This document shows positions 1 through 12,080 of a stretch of DNA of 64,000 bases, in pieces (position 1 is the first letter of the stretch; each line of letters starts with the position of its first letter). Origin of the DNA: the human T2T-CHM13v2.0 reference genome, Homo sapiens; the NCBI RefSeq assembly GCF_009914755.1, contig NC_060926.1. One strand, given 5' to 3'. Below the pieces are notes generated by a model. That model had not been told where the DNA came from. It saw nothing but the letters and a program-made list of their open reading frames with translations, and did no database searches. Made by a program: the position numbers and the translations under genes.

Positions 1-269
1 TACTGTGGGGTGCCTTATAGACCTTGGCAGCAAGTTTTAATGTGTGGCTCATTAGAAGAAATGGAATGTTGGGATTTACTGGATAATACTTGAGAGAAAT
101 CTCTCCTGGGGAAACTTTGTGCTTTGCCCAGAAAGACAGTTCTTTGATAAGAATAAAAATAATAACTTGTTCCAGCACCTTCCTCCAGGACAATAATATT
201 ATCTTGATTTAAGTCATGCCTTTTTCTTTGTAGGAGCTCAAACTGAGTTTTATGTGGAACATTATTTCT

Positions 270-420
270 GTTTATCATCACAAATTCCCTTTGAGGAAAG
301 TAAGGGGTAGGTATTACTATTCCTATTTTAAAGTTGGGGAAACAGAAGCTCAGAGAAGGACAAATAAATCCCACTGCTTTAATATGCAGGTGATAGCTTA
401 GTGCAAGTCCAAATATCTGT
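270..420 (-). mobile_element. MIR SINE fragment
   Basis: attactattcctattttaaagttggggaaacagaagctcagaga resembles the reverse-complement MIR core. Confidence 0.5.
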
Positions 421-489
421 CATTAATCTAAAGAAGCTAAACCAGCTCCCCAAAGCTATATGATAATTCTTTTTCTTTCTCTCTCTCTC

Positions 490-654
490 TTTTTTTTTTT
501 TTTTTTAGAGACAGGGTCTTCCTCTGTCACCCAGACTGGAATGCAGTGGCATGATCCTAGCTCACTGCAGCCTCGAATTCCTGAGCTCAAAAGATCCTCC
601 CGCATCAACTTCCCAAAGTTCTGGGATTACAGGTGTGAACCACCACAGCTGACC
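490..654 (-). mobile_element. Fossil Alu monomer (FAM-like)
   Basis: Poly-T, then gagacagggtct...ctcactgcagcctcgaattcctgagctcaa...cccaaagttctgggattacaggtgtgaaccac; single ~165 bp arm. Confidence 0.85.
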
Positions 655-1178
655 TGTATAATCATTCTTAAGAGATTGCGCTCTAGTTCATAGGAGGCTC
701 GAGAACCATCTCCTGCTTTGGAGGCCATGCAAGAGAAATCTGAGCTATCTTTCAGTGTTGGATATGATGAGTTCGTGTCTAGTTTCCCAGCTGCGCATCT
801 GCGGTTTTGGTCTGATTTGCAGGTTGGTTCCTTCTTTTTACCCAAGTGGGAGTATGTGCCCCAGTTTGGACTTTACCTTAGAACTCCAAACTCTTAGCTC
901 TCTGATTTTTCATTTTTAAAATTAAGGAATAGGGGGGTTACCTCCTATTTGCTCCCACTCCCTTCTCTCAACTCTCAGGGAGCCTTGTTGCCCTACTCTG
1001 TGATGCACCCACTGAAGATTTACCAGCCCCAGGTGTGAGTCAAATTGAAAACCATTCTCCCAGAACTAGGCCCACACCCTGTATGGCCTGACAGTCTTAG
1101 CAGAATCCCCTGCGGACCAAGCACACAACTGATGATTGCTATTAGGTCCTAAAGACACAACCAACAGAGTCCAATGCA

Positions 1179-1340
1179 TCAGCAGTTCTCAATCTTGGTT
1201 GCTCTTGAGAATCACCTGTGGAGCTTAAGAAATATATTGAGGCCTAGGCCCTGTTCTCCAGTAATTGTAATTTAACTGGTCTGAGGTAAGGCTAAGGCCT
1301 TAGTAGTTTTATAAATGCTCTCTAGGGTTGAGAGCCATGG
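1179..1340. mobile_element. MER5-type hAT-Charlie DNA transposon
   Basis: cagcagttctcaatcttgg...gaatcacctgtggagctt...ggttgagagccatgg; terminal inverted repeat-like ends. Confidence 0.7.
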
Positions 1341-1429
1341 ACCTAAGTCCTGAATGTGATAGTCTGTATCTGTGCCATCACGAACAGTCCGTCATCTTTT
1401 GTAAGTGCAAGGGAACATAATGAAATATA

Positions 1430-1650
1430 GAGCATTGTGGAGCTGGTCCTATGCAATGCACTCCACATAGATTCTTTTATTGATTCTCATGATAACCCTG
1501 TGGGATGGTTACTTTTATGATCTTCATCTTTCAGATGAGGAAACCGAAGCATAGAGAGGTTGAGCAAATTGCCTAAGATCACACCTCTAGAAGTGACCAA
1601 AAGTGACTCTTTGGCTCCAAAACTGAGGTATGTCAGCGCTTACACTACAA
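1430..1650 (-). mobile_element. MIR SINE
   Basis: catctttcagatgaggaaaccgaagcatagagaggttgagcaaattgcctaagatcacac is the MIR core. Confidence 0.75.
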
Positions 1651-2722
1651 AGTATTTGCAGCCACGTAAGCTCTGTGTCTCTAAGTTACAACTTGTGTTG
1701 CTTCTGGTATTCTCAATTCGATAGTTGTAATCTCTCCAAGTCCAGGCAGAAACAGCAAGAAGACACTAAGGCAAGGAAAACACTTAGGGAAAAATATTTT
1801 TTTATCTGCATTATGGAAGCCAAGCTATACATGCCTCCAGCCTATCTCTAAAGAGGAACAGAGAGAACACAACTCACTGACACTGTAAGTCCTCTTCTCC
1901 AGTGCAGCCTTTCACAGTCCACTCCCAGTTTCAGGTCCTTCCCCAACCATAACTCACATGGTGAGAAATGGGAACCTTCATAGGAACAAATTCAATCTCC
2001 AAGACTGCATAGGATATTAGTTTCTGAGTTTTAATGTTTCTGTGGCATGCAGTACCTACTCAGAGCATCAAAAAGTGTAAAGGTGGACCCTGGCTTTCAC
2101 TAGCACCCTGACCCCAAGGATATCTTTATTGTCCCATTTGACGGATAGGCAAGTGCAAGATGACAGTGGGCTAGGTCATTGCCTGATAAAGAACAAGTAA
2201 GGGGAAGAATTCTTAACCCAAGAGCTTTGAATCCATCTTCCTGCTAAACTGTTCCCTAGTCAATGTCAGATGAGTGTATGCTGGGAAGTCCAGGGATGGG
2301 GAAACCTTAAGATCATCTCTGTAAGGTACCTCCACCAACATTTGCGTATGATACTTAGTTGAATTGGAAGTCAGGCTTCCAGGAAAAAGTGTAGCCTGAC
2401 ACTAAGAGTTGAAAGAGAGGGAGAGGGAGGGGATGGCCAGGGCACTAGGGCAGTTTATGGACTAATTATATTTAAATAAATATTTTAATTTTAATTTTTT
2501 AAACGTAGCATGGCCTCTTTCTTCTCCTGAAATACTGACCAATACTTTCCCCTGTCTCCCACTCCTAATAGTTTTCCCCACTCCTAGCCCCAATGCCAAA
2601 ATTTAGGATCCCAGGACATCCCCATTTTCTACAGCAGAAGAGCAGCTTTGTAACTAAGTAATGCTAACTCAGTAGGCTCAAAATACTTGTAATCAGAAAT
2701 GGACAGGCCTTACTGTCAAGGT

Positions 2723-2834
2723 TAGGGCAATCAAGTGTCCTGATTTGCCCCATTCTGTCAGTTTTACGATGGAAAATCTTGCTCCCGGGCAACATTTCTG
2801 TTCAGGGAAAACTGGGAGGGGTTGTTGTCACCCT
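2723..2834. mobile_element. MER81-like hAT-Blackjack MITE
   Basis: ~110 bp bounded by tagggcaatcaa...gttgtcaccct inverted ends. Confidence 0.55.
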
Positions 2835-3504
2835 GTAATATCAAGCTCCCTAATTTTATGGTGAGACTCCATAGCAGGAGAGAATACTTGCTGCAGTTTA
2901 TTCATAAATATTTGCAGCTTCCTTTTCTAGTTGTTATACAAATGTTCATTGAAACTTGCTCTGATCCCAGAGGGGCTCTGGGGGTCGGGCCCTTCTGGCA
3001 CATCTATGAATTAGGTGAGGAGAGAATGATTTTCTACAGCCAGTTTTGAGTCAGGGCTAATTTTCAAAATAGCCCATTCTCCTGCCTCCTGAGACATTTA
3101 TGTAGCCGTCTGGTTTTCATGAATGCATTTGTGTTACCCAAGAGTGTAAACAGCCGTTAGTTCTCAGTGAACATGAGTTGTGAAAAACCTTGCATTGAGA
3201 CTGCAGGAGACTGTGCTGCTATTCCAACTCTTCCTAATGTAATGCGGAAATTATTGTTGATATTTAGTGACAAGGTCTTTCCCGGGGAAGAATAAAGATC
3301 AGAAATCCCACTTTCCTCCTCAGCATCTTGCTTTCCTTTCCTTCCAAAATATGTAGTTCCACAAAGGTAATCTTTAAAAATCTCTCTTCTGAGGCAAAAT
3401 GGCATTATTATATTTAAGAGTCAAAATGTAACCCATTGAAATCTGCTATTTTCTGCTCAGAGAAAAAAAATATGGGTTAACCTAGAATTTATATTTGCAT
3501 TTTA

Positions 3505-3850
<346 letters not shown>

Positions 3851-5610
3851 TTACTGAACATATTTCATTTTAATATAAATTTTTTCATTCATGGCTAATT
3901 TCCTCTTTCTTGTTTTGGGGGTAAGGTGTAATCAGCATTTAATACTCACTCTTTCTTATGGGACTAGACTAAAGCAACATTTTTAAAAAAGACCGTTACT
4001 GTTTCTACAACTTCATCCTCGATGTTCGAGTTACTCATATTTAGTGTTGCTGAATGTTAAAAACAGATGTAAGAGCACTAAACATAAAGTTAAGGGTACA
4101 GGATGCAGAGGGGTGGTACAGTTGAGTCATTTGAATAAGAGTCATTGAGCACTTACTGGGTACAATGTTCTGAGCTTGGGCTGCTCAAGATTATAGAGCT
4201 TGGAAAAATGTGTGTTCTTCCATGTTTACCGAATGCAGGAATAGCAATGATGCACCACCTAGGCTTTTGAGTGAAAGCCAATTTTGTTGTTGTTGTTGTG
4301 AAGTGATTTTATGTTTAGAATCTTATATTTTACTGTTAGGCACATTTAAAAATTAAGTCCCTTAAAATGTTTCCCTACTGTGAAAATTGGCTGGGACTAA
4401 GATACCCAGTTGAAGAACACAGCAGATTCAGGGCACAGAGACAGTGCTGGCGTGCCACTTGATTCTGGCTCACCTCCGATTAGGCAATTAGTCCCACATT
4501 ATTTGAGGACCCAATTTGCTTTTACATTTTAAAGTTGTAAAATGCAAAATGATTTTTTTCACTTCTTAATTATGAGTAATAAAAATTTAAGGGAATATAA
4601 AGTTTAACTTGTCTGTTAATTGAGGGGAAAAAGCCATGCTAAATCAGCCAAGAACAGAATGGTCACTGAAGAAACTCAGAAGAAACTGCCCGTGAGGATC
4701 CCGTTTGCTATTTTAATTAGCATCTGTCAATTAGAAGCAAATGACAGCAGGGAAGGAATCCTGATTAATAAAATCATCATCCCAATTTGAAAGAGAAGGT
4801 CAAATAGAACACAATGTCCCATTTGACATCGTTTTGAGGGTCTTATACACCTACATTTCTGGAATCCTCTTTTAGAGCTCATGAGACCAGTCTGTTAATC
4901 TGACCACTCAATTAACTCTGGGTATAATTAACTGCCTGCACGCCCCTGACTGGTACTAAAGCTCACTGTCAGCAAGATTAGCATCTGGCTCACGTGAGGA
5001 GGGTGACATGGTTTCCTCTCTTGCATAGTGACTGAGGGATAGGAAGGAGGGGAGGTTATGAGTCCCTCCCTGATTCCCATGTCTCTAGAACACGGCTGTT
5101 CCTCTATGAATTTGTCCAGAGCATGCAGGGGACCTATGAGAATATTAACTGGTTTGTGAACAAATTTCACAGTGCAATAGGACCAATTTCAGCAACTAGT
5201 TTGGCAGCGAAACTATTCTAAGTCATAAAAGAAAGGCTCCTAAGCATAAGTGACATTTAGTCACTGAGAAGCAGCCAACCTAGTTTCCAACCCCTCCTGT
5301 GAAATTAGTAAGCAGGGCATCTGTCTACATCTTAACAAACAAAGTGCAGATGCCAATCAGCGCTCAGCAGGGCTCTGTCAAATGCCGGCTGGTAAGCAGC
5401 TGCTTCCAAGGCCCTCCTTTCTCCAGGCTCAGCACAAAGTAGAATCTCAATTTGCTGGCCAAATTTAAATTTTATCGATCCAAACTTTTGCTGTTGAAGC
5501 AATGCTCTGGCTAGAGGACTTGATTTCAATGACAGTCGATTATGACAATAGCCTCAGCCTGCCTCTCACACACTCCCTGCCAGACCTCCCCATCACATAC
5601 AACTTTTTCT

Positions 5611-5890
5611 TTACTTTCTTTTTTTTTTTTTTAAATTTTACTTTAGGTTCTGGGATACATGTGCAGAATGTGCAGGTGTGTTACATAGGTATACATGTGC
5701 CATGGTGGTTTGCTGCTCCCATCAACCCATCATCTAGGTTTTAAGCTTCGCATCATTAGGTATTTGTCCTAATGCTCTCCCTCCCCTTGCCCCCCCACCC
5801 CCCAACAGGCCCCTCCCTATATCCATATGTTCTCATTGTTCAACTCCCACTTATGAGTGAGAACATGAGGTGTTTGTTTTTCTGTTCCTA
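5611..5890 (-). mobile_element. 5'-truncated L1PA (PA7/PA8-like) 3' end
   Basis: tttaggttctgggatacatgtgcagaatgtgcagg...ttatgagtgagaacatg; 17-bp TSD cacatacaactttttct (5594-5610) / cacatacacctttttct (5891-5907). Confidence 0.95.
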
Positions 5891-6254
5891 CACATACACC
5901 TTTTTCTAAGAAGGTCATGGGGAGCAAGGAGGCTCACCAGCTGGAAAATAACATTAAAACAGGAACCATGTGGAAATATCCAGATGAGTGATGAACCTAA
6001 GAAATCTGTTTTGAAATGTGAAGATAGAATTTACTCTAGTAGTAACTGATGGGAGAAATTGACATCATTTCTGAAAACTTCACAAATTCCAAGAGCTCAG
6101 TTGACTCAGGAAGCCTGGTGGAGCTAAGTCTAGAAGTAAGGGTATGAAAACCTAAGAAAGAAAACTGTTCTTTTCTAAAAATTTTCTCATAAGTATAGCA
6201 AAGTCTATTAGACTAATTTTTTAAAAAGTGGCAAAATTCACGTGACCGGTCCTC

Positions 6255-6438
6255 ATCTTGGTTCCAAGCTTGCCAGCCACGGAACTCTGTGCTACTGCTT
6301 TCTACCCTGTAAAATAGTGGTGACACTAATAGTACCTACTCCATAAGCTTGCCAAGAGGACTCCATGGGGCAATACACATGAACCACTGAGCACAGTGCC
6401 TAGCTCATAGTAAGCACTCTATAAATGTTAGCTATTAC
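6255..6438 (+). mobile_element. MIR SINE
   Basis: ctgtaaaatagtggtgacactaatagtacctac...gcacagtgcctagctcatagtaagcactctataaatgttagctatt is the MIR 3' end. Confidence 0.75.
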
Positions 6439-6499
6439 AGTATTTCAATCTGGGACACATGAAACCTTGTAAGGCCTGAAACCTAAAATTCAACACATA

Positions 6500-6600
6500 A
6501 GGTGATGGTTGCACAACTCTGTGAATATATGGAAAACCATTGAAATTATTCATTCTAAATGGGTGGAATTGTATGGTATGTGAATTATATCTTAATAAAC
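6500..6600 (+). mobile_element. L1MB-type 3' end fragment
   Basis: ggtgatggttgcacaactctgtgaatata...gtatggtatgtgaattatatcttaataaa. Confidence 0.75.
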
Positions 6601-6640
6601 ATGTTACAGGGGAAAAAAGCAGAGAAAGAGCTTTTCCTAT

Positions 6641-6760
6641 TTCCTTCCTTCCTTCCTTCCTTCTTCCCTTTCTTCCTTGCCATCTCTTTCTTTCTCTCTC
6701 TTTCTTTCTCTTTCTTACTTTCCTTCCTTCCTTCCTTCCCTCTTTCTTTCTTCCTTCCCT

Positions 6761-6824
<64 letters not shown>

Positions 6825-6919
6825 TCCTTCCTTCCTTCCTTCCTTCCTTCCTTTCCTTCCTTCCTTCCTTCCTTCCTTCCTTCCTTCCTTCCTTCCTTCC
6901 TTCCTTCCTTCCTTCTTTC

Positions 6920-6925
<6 letters not shown>
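6641..6925. repeat. Compound (TTCC)n/(TTTC)n microsatellite grown from an Alu poly-A tail
   Basis: Near-pure pyrimidine tract including (TTTC)~15, (TTCC)7 at 6824-6851 and (TTCC)15 at 6853-6912; abuts the 3' end of a minus-strand Alu. Confidence 0.97.
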
Positions 6926-7210
<285 letters not shown>

Positions 7211-7589
7211 AGTTTTTCCTTTTTCTGATAAGAATTTTCTTCTTTGTCTGATATGAATGTAGTACAATATGAATGACAGAGTTCTATTTCTTTACAGAGC
7301 AAATGTAGTTTTCCTAAATCTGAACTTTAGTGTTTCCTTCAGGTGTGAGGGATACCCCAGATTGAAATATTTTGAACAACTAGGGTTTGAATTTGTGGAA
7401 ATGAACAAATAAAGAAAGAATGGAATTGCAGAAATAAATAAGAGGGAGAGAGAGAAGAAGAGAGAGAGAATAGTCTATTAATTTGTAGCTTGCTATACAG
7501 CAAGGGACCATCACTTGCATTTTGGTAGAGACTCACAGGCAGTCAGGGGAATGGAAAAGCTTTACAGTGAAAAAAGGGGCTTTAGGTAT

Positions 7590-8102
7590 TGATGGAATTC
7601 AGGACATGCTACCCCAAAATATGGCACCTTGGCATTTGAGGGAACAGCAGAAGGAGGTCATGGAACGTAGGAGGGCCACTCTCACCTTCCTTTCATCCTT
7701 CTCCTGTGAAGCAAGTCATAGGACCCTAATTCAAGAGGGATCCTCCCCATACCTGGAAGAAAGAAACTTCCTTATCTCTGAAGACACAGGGACACAAAGA
7801 AGAACCTGAACAAACAGGCCTTGCTAAGTCCCCCGACTCACCCCCTGCAGTGTATTACCATTAGAGCAAACCCCTTTGTCCAATCATGCTTCTCTGTGAC
7901 TATTCAACTCTTCATCAAACCTAAGCATAAAAATACACATTTATTTGTTTCTTTGGGTTTTTATCTCTTTGTGAAGACTTTTGTGTCATATAAAACTTAT
8001 ATTAAATGAACTTGTATGGTTTTCTGTCTTTAATCTGTCTTTTGTTAAAAGAATCTCAGCCATGAACCTAGCAATTTGGAGGAAAAGATATTTATTTCCC
8101 CT
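7590..8102 (+). mobile_element. MER34/MER39-type ERV1 solo LTR
   Basis: Starts tgatggaattcaggacatgctaccccaaaatatggcaccttggcatt; attaaa poly-A signal near 8001; ends gaaaagatatttatttcccct. Confidence 0.8.
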
Positions 8103-8106
8103 GGGG

Positions 8107-8647
8107 CAGGGGTCCTCAATCCCTGGACCACAGATAGGTGGTAGTCTGTGGCCTGTTAGGAATTGGGCCGCACAATAGGAAGTGAGCAGCGGGCGAGCAA
8201 GAGTGAGCAAAGCTTCACTGTATTTAAAGTTGCTCCCCATGGCTTGCATTACCACCTGAGCCCTGTCTACTGCCAGATCAGTGGCAGCATTAGATTCTCA
8301 TAGGAGCGTGAACTTTATTGTGAACTGTGCATGTGAGGGATCTAGGTTGTGCGCTCCTTATGAGAATCTAATGCCTGATGATCTGTCACTGTCTCCCATC
8401 ACCCCCAGATGGGGCTTCCCAGATAGTTGCAGGAAAAGAAGCTCAGAGCTCCCACTGATTCTATATTCTGGTGAGTTGTATAATTATTTCATTCTGTATT
8501 ACAACGTAATAATATTAGAAATAAAGTGCACAATAAATGTAATGTGCTTAAATCATCCAGAAACCATCTTCCCACCCCCAGTGTGTGGAAAAATTGTCTT
8601 CCATGAAACTGGTCCCTGGTGCCAAAAAGGTTGGGTGGGAACCACTG
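8107..8647. mobile_element. MER1A (Charlie3-derived hAT non-autonomous element)
   Basis: caggggtcctcaatccc...gcagcattagattctcataggagcgtgaac...gggaaccactg; 541 bp; 8-bp TSD ccctgggg / ccctaggg. Confidence 0.9.
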
Positions 8648-8956
8648 CCCTAGGGTATGTTCTGATTGGAGGTCATTAGCATAGGGATGCAGGAGGCTGG
8701 CTAGCTAGAAGCACAAAATTTTATGTTATTTGGTATGGAGATAATATTTGGCTTTCTCTGGTTGATCCTGAGTTGGAAGCAGAGGGAACCAAAAATAGGG
8801 CAGCTGGCAGTCAATGTGCCAGTCTTGATTTTTCTGGGCCAACTGTTGCGGAGATTAGGATTTCCCTTCCTGAAATGATGTCTGCAGAGGTTATGGGTCA
8901 GAGTTCTATTGGCATAGATGGTCTGGCTACTGTCCATTTATGTATTTGGTCTCTCA

Positions 8957-9283
<327 letters not shown>

Positions 9284-9479
9284 ACCAGATCCCATATTTG
9301 GCTAAGGATTCCTACTAAATAAGGATGAAATGTCTTAGCTTAATTCTTTAACTATAACAGCTTTCTATAGTTCTCAAGAATAATAAGAGTTAATAAGGGT
9401 ATTGATAGAGGAGGAGAATAGAACAAAAAAAGAGAGAGATACATTTTAAAATCTAAGTGGTAATGGAAGGTTTTAAAGC

Positions 9480-11415
9480 CTGTCAGCTGCTCTGCCAGCC
9501 TGAGTGGCACAGGCTTTTCTCATTTGACTTCAAATTGAAGGTGGCCTCAATTCACCTTTTTCCCTCTCCCGTTTGGACTGCATGGCTTATGCCCACAGGA
9601 ACGTCCAGAAGCTTAAGCCAGGAAATGGACGTAATGGTGTTTGAGGATGTGGCTATGAAATTTACTTAGAAGGAGTAGGCTTTCCTGGCTCCTGCTCAAA
9701 GGAGCCCCTACAGAGATGTGATGCTGGAAAAATGCTCTAGGAATCTGGCCTCAGTAGATTGTGAGATTCAACTTAAAACCCATGAGTCAGTTGTTCAGCA
9801 GGATATTCATGAAGAAAAAAATTCCAATGAACAGAAAGTAGTAAGAATAACAAGGAATAACTCCTGGTTCTCCATTTTAGGAGAAAACTGGGAATATCAT
9901 GTCATTAAAATTCAGCACAGAACAAGGAGAGACATTTGAGAAGCCATATGTAGATAGCATCTATAAAAGTAATGAATGTAATCAGTGTGGAAAAAACTTC
10001 AGGCATTTTCCAAACCTTAGTGTGCTGAAGAGAACCCCTGTTGGGGTCAAAGCCTATAAAAGTGTATGTGGAAAAGCCTTTATGGATCATTCCTCCCTTA
10101 AGAATCATGTCAGATCTCACCTGCACACAAACTCTATCATTGTAAGGAATGTGGGCAAGCCTGCTGTTGTTGCTCATATTTAAGGATTTCTCTAAGTAGT
10201 CATGATGGAGATAAATGCTATAAATGCAAGGAATGCTGGGAAGCCTACTGTTGCCCCGATCTTTTAGGGCAAATGTCAGAGGTCACATTGGAAAAGTGCA
10301 ACATATATGTAAATAAAGAATATGGGGAAGGCTTTAGTCATTTTTCATATGTGGCAGGCAGACTCTAAGATATCCCCCAAGGATCTCTGCTTCCTGGTAT
10401 TTACATCGTTGGGTAATTGCCCTCCCTTGAGTTTTGGCTGGCCTAATAATTTGCCTGTAACCAGTAGAATATGGCAAAGGTGATAGGATTTCACTTTCAT
10501 TATTTGGCTGCATAAGATTGTGACTTCCATCTTGCTAGCAGACTTTCTCTGATGCTGGCTTTGATGAAGCAAGCTTCCATGTTGGAGAGGTCCATTTGGC
10601 AAGCAACTGAAGGTGGCCTCTAGCCAACAGCTATCAAGGAACTAAGGTTCTCAGTCCACCTATCTGCAAGGAACTAAATCCTGCCAACAACCATGTGAGT
10701 TTACAAGCAGATTCTTCCTCGGTTGAGCTTGCAGATGAGACCCCAGCCCTGTGATATCTTGAGGCAGGCTTTGAGAGGCCATGAAGCAGAGGACCCAATA
10801 AGTCACGCTCAGATTCTTGACCCACAGAAACTGTGAGATAATAAACGTATGTTGTTTTAAGCTGATAAGTGTGTGGTCATTTGCTATGTGACAATAGGTA
10901 ACTAATACATAGTCCTTTCACAACAATTCAGGCTTCACAGTGGAGAGAAGGCTTATGAATGTAAAAATTGTAGAAAGATCCTTAATGAGTTTTTAAAATT
11001 TACAAGTGAGAACACACAATGGAGACAAACTGTCAAGATTTAACGAATATGACCAAGATTTTGTTGTACTATATACCTTAAGACATGTGAGAATTCACAC
11101 TAGAGAAAACACACGAGGGAGAGCCTTCACTAATTGCTTATTTGTTATTGTACATGTGAGAGGTCACTCTGTAGATAAATTATATGACTGTAGAGTTGGA
11201 ATTTATCCATAAGTCATTTTCAAATCTTAGGTAACATGTGAGATCTCAGGCTATGGAGAGACCCTATAAATATGCAAAACATAGGAAAGTCTTTAGTTGC
11301 CCATTATTCCTAGGACATATAGAGAACTCTGCTAGAGAGAAAGCCTTCATGCACAGCGTTTCACTTATTGTGTGCAAGAAAATGCCAAGAGAAAAATCTC
11401 ACAACATGAAATCTT
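9480..11415 (+). pseudogene. Processed KRAB C2H2 zinc-finger pseudogene (ZNF555/ZNF77/ZNF57/ZNF556-type)
   Basis: ATG at 9625 in ggaaATG|GAC context. KRAB-A reads MDVMVFEDVAMKFT*KE*AFLAPAQRSPYRDVMLE..RNLASV, fused without introns to a spacer (DCEIQLKT...SWFSILGENWE) and decayed fingers (CNQCGKNF, CGKAFMDHSSLKNHVRSH, HSGEKAYECKNC, HVRIHTRE). Many stops and frameshifts. Ends approximate. Confidence 0.92.
10350..10909 (+). mobile_element. MLT1E-type MaLR solo LTR inserted in the ZNF pseudogene
   Basis: TG...CA ends: tgtggcaggcagactctaagatatccccc ... gtgagataataaacg ... caataggtaactaataca. Confidence 0.9.
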
Positions 11416-11419
11416 TTTA

Positions 11420-11850
<431 letters not shown>

Positions 11851-11867
11851 TTTAGGTACTCCAAAAA

Positions 11868-11920
11868 AAAATCACATGTACCCCCCAAATATGTACATAT
11901 ATTATGCATTAGTTTTTAAA
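11868..11920 (+). mobile_element. Tiny L1MA 3' terminus
   Basis: atcacatgtaccccccaaatatgtacatatattatgcatt. Confidence 0.55.
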
Positions 11921-11944
11921 GATGCTTTATTGTTAAAAATGCTG

Positions 11945-12080
11945 AAGAAATGAGCATATACTGTTGGAAAAAATGGCACTAAGAGGCTTACTTGACACAA
12001 GGTTGCCACAAACCTTCAATCTGTAAAAAACACAATATCTGTGAAGCACAATAAAGTACAATAAAACAAGGTATCCTGTA
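11945..12080 (-). mobile_element. Tigger1 terminal fragment
   Basis: ggttgccacaaaccttcaatctgtaaaaaacacaatatctgtgaagcacaataaa...gtatcctgta is the reverse complement of the Tigger1 left end, with TA target. Confidence 0.85.

Larger units (their letters stand above)
7470..8956 (-). mobile_element. Old ERVL-class solo LTR (LTR53/MER88-like), interrupted at ~7590-8655
   Basis: Minus strand begins tgagagaccaaatacataaatggacagtagccagacc; the two pieces rejoin across ...tttaggtat|gttctgattggagg. Subfamily name uncertain. Confidence 0.6.

Noticed and set aside
8281-8679. 132-aa ORF
   Set aside because: Lies almost entirely within non-autonomous MER1A; no transposase motifs
9457-10183. ORFs with KRAB and C2H2 motifs as a functional gene
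   Set aside because: Two in-frame stops within KRAB-A, frameshifts, lost Cys/His residues and an LTR insertion; it is a pseudogene
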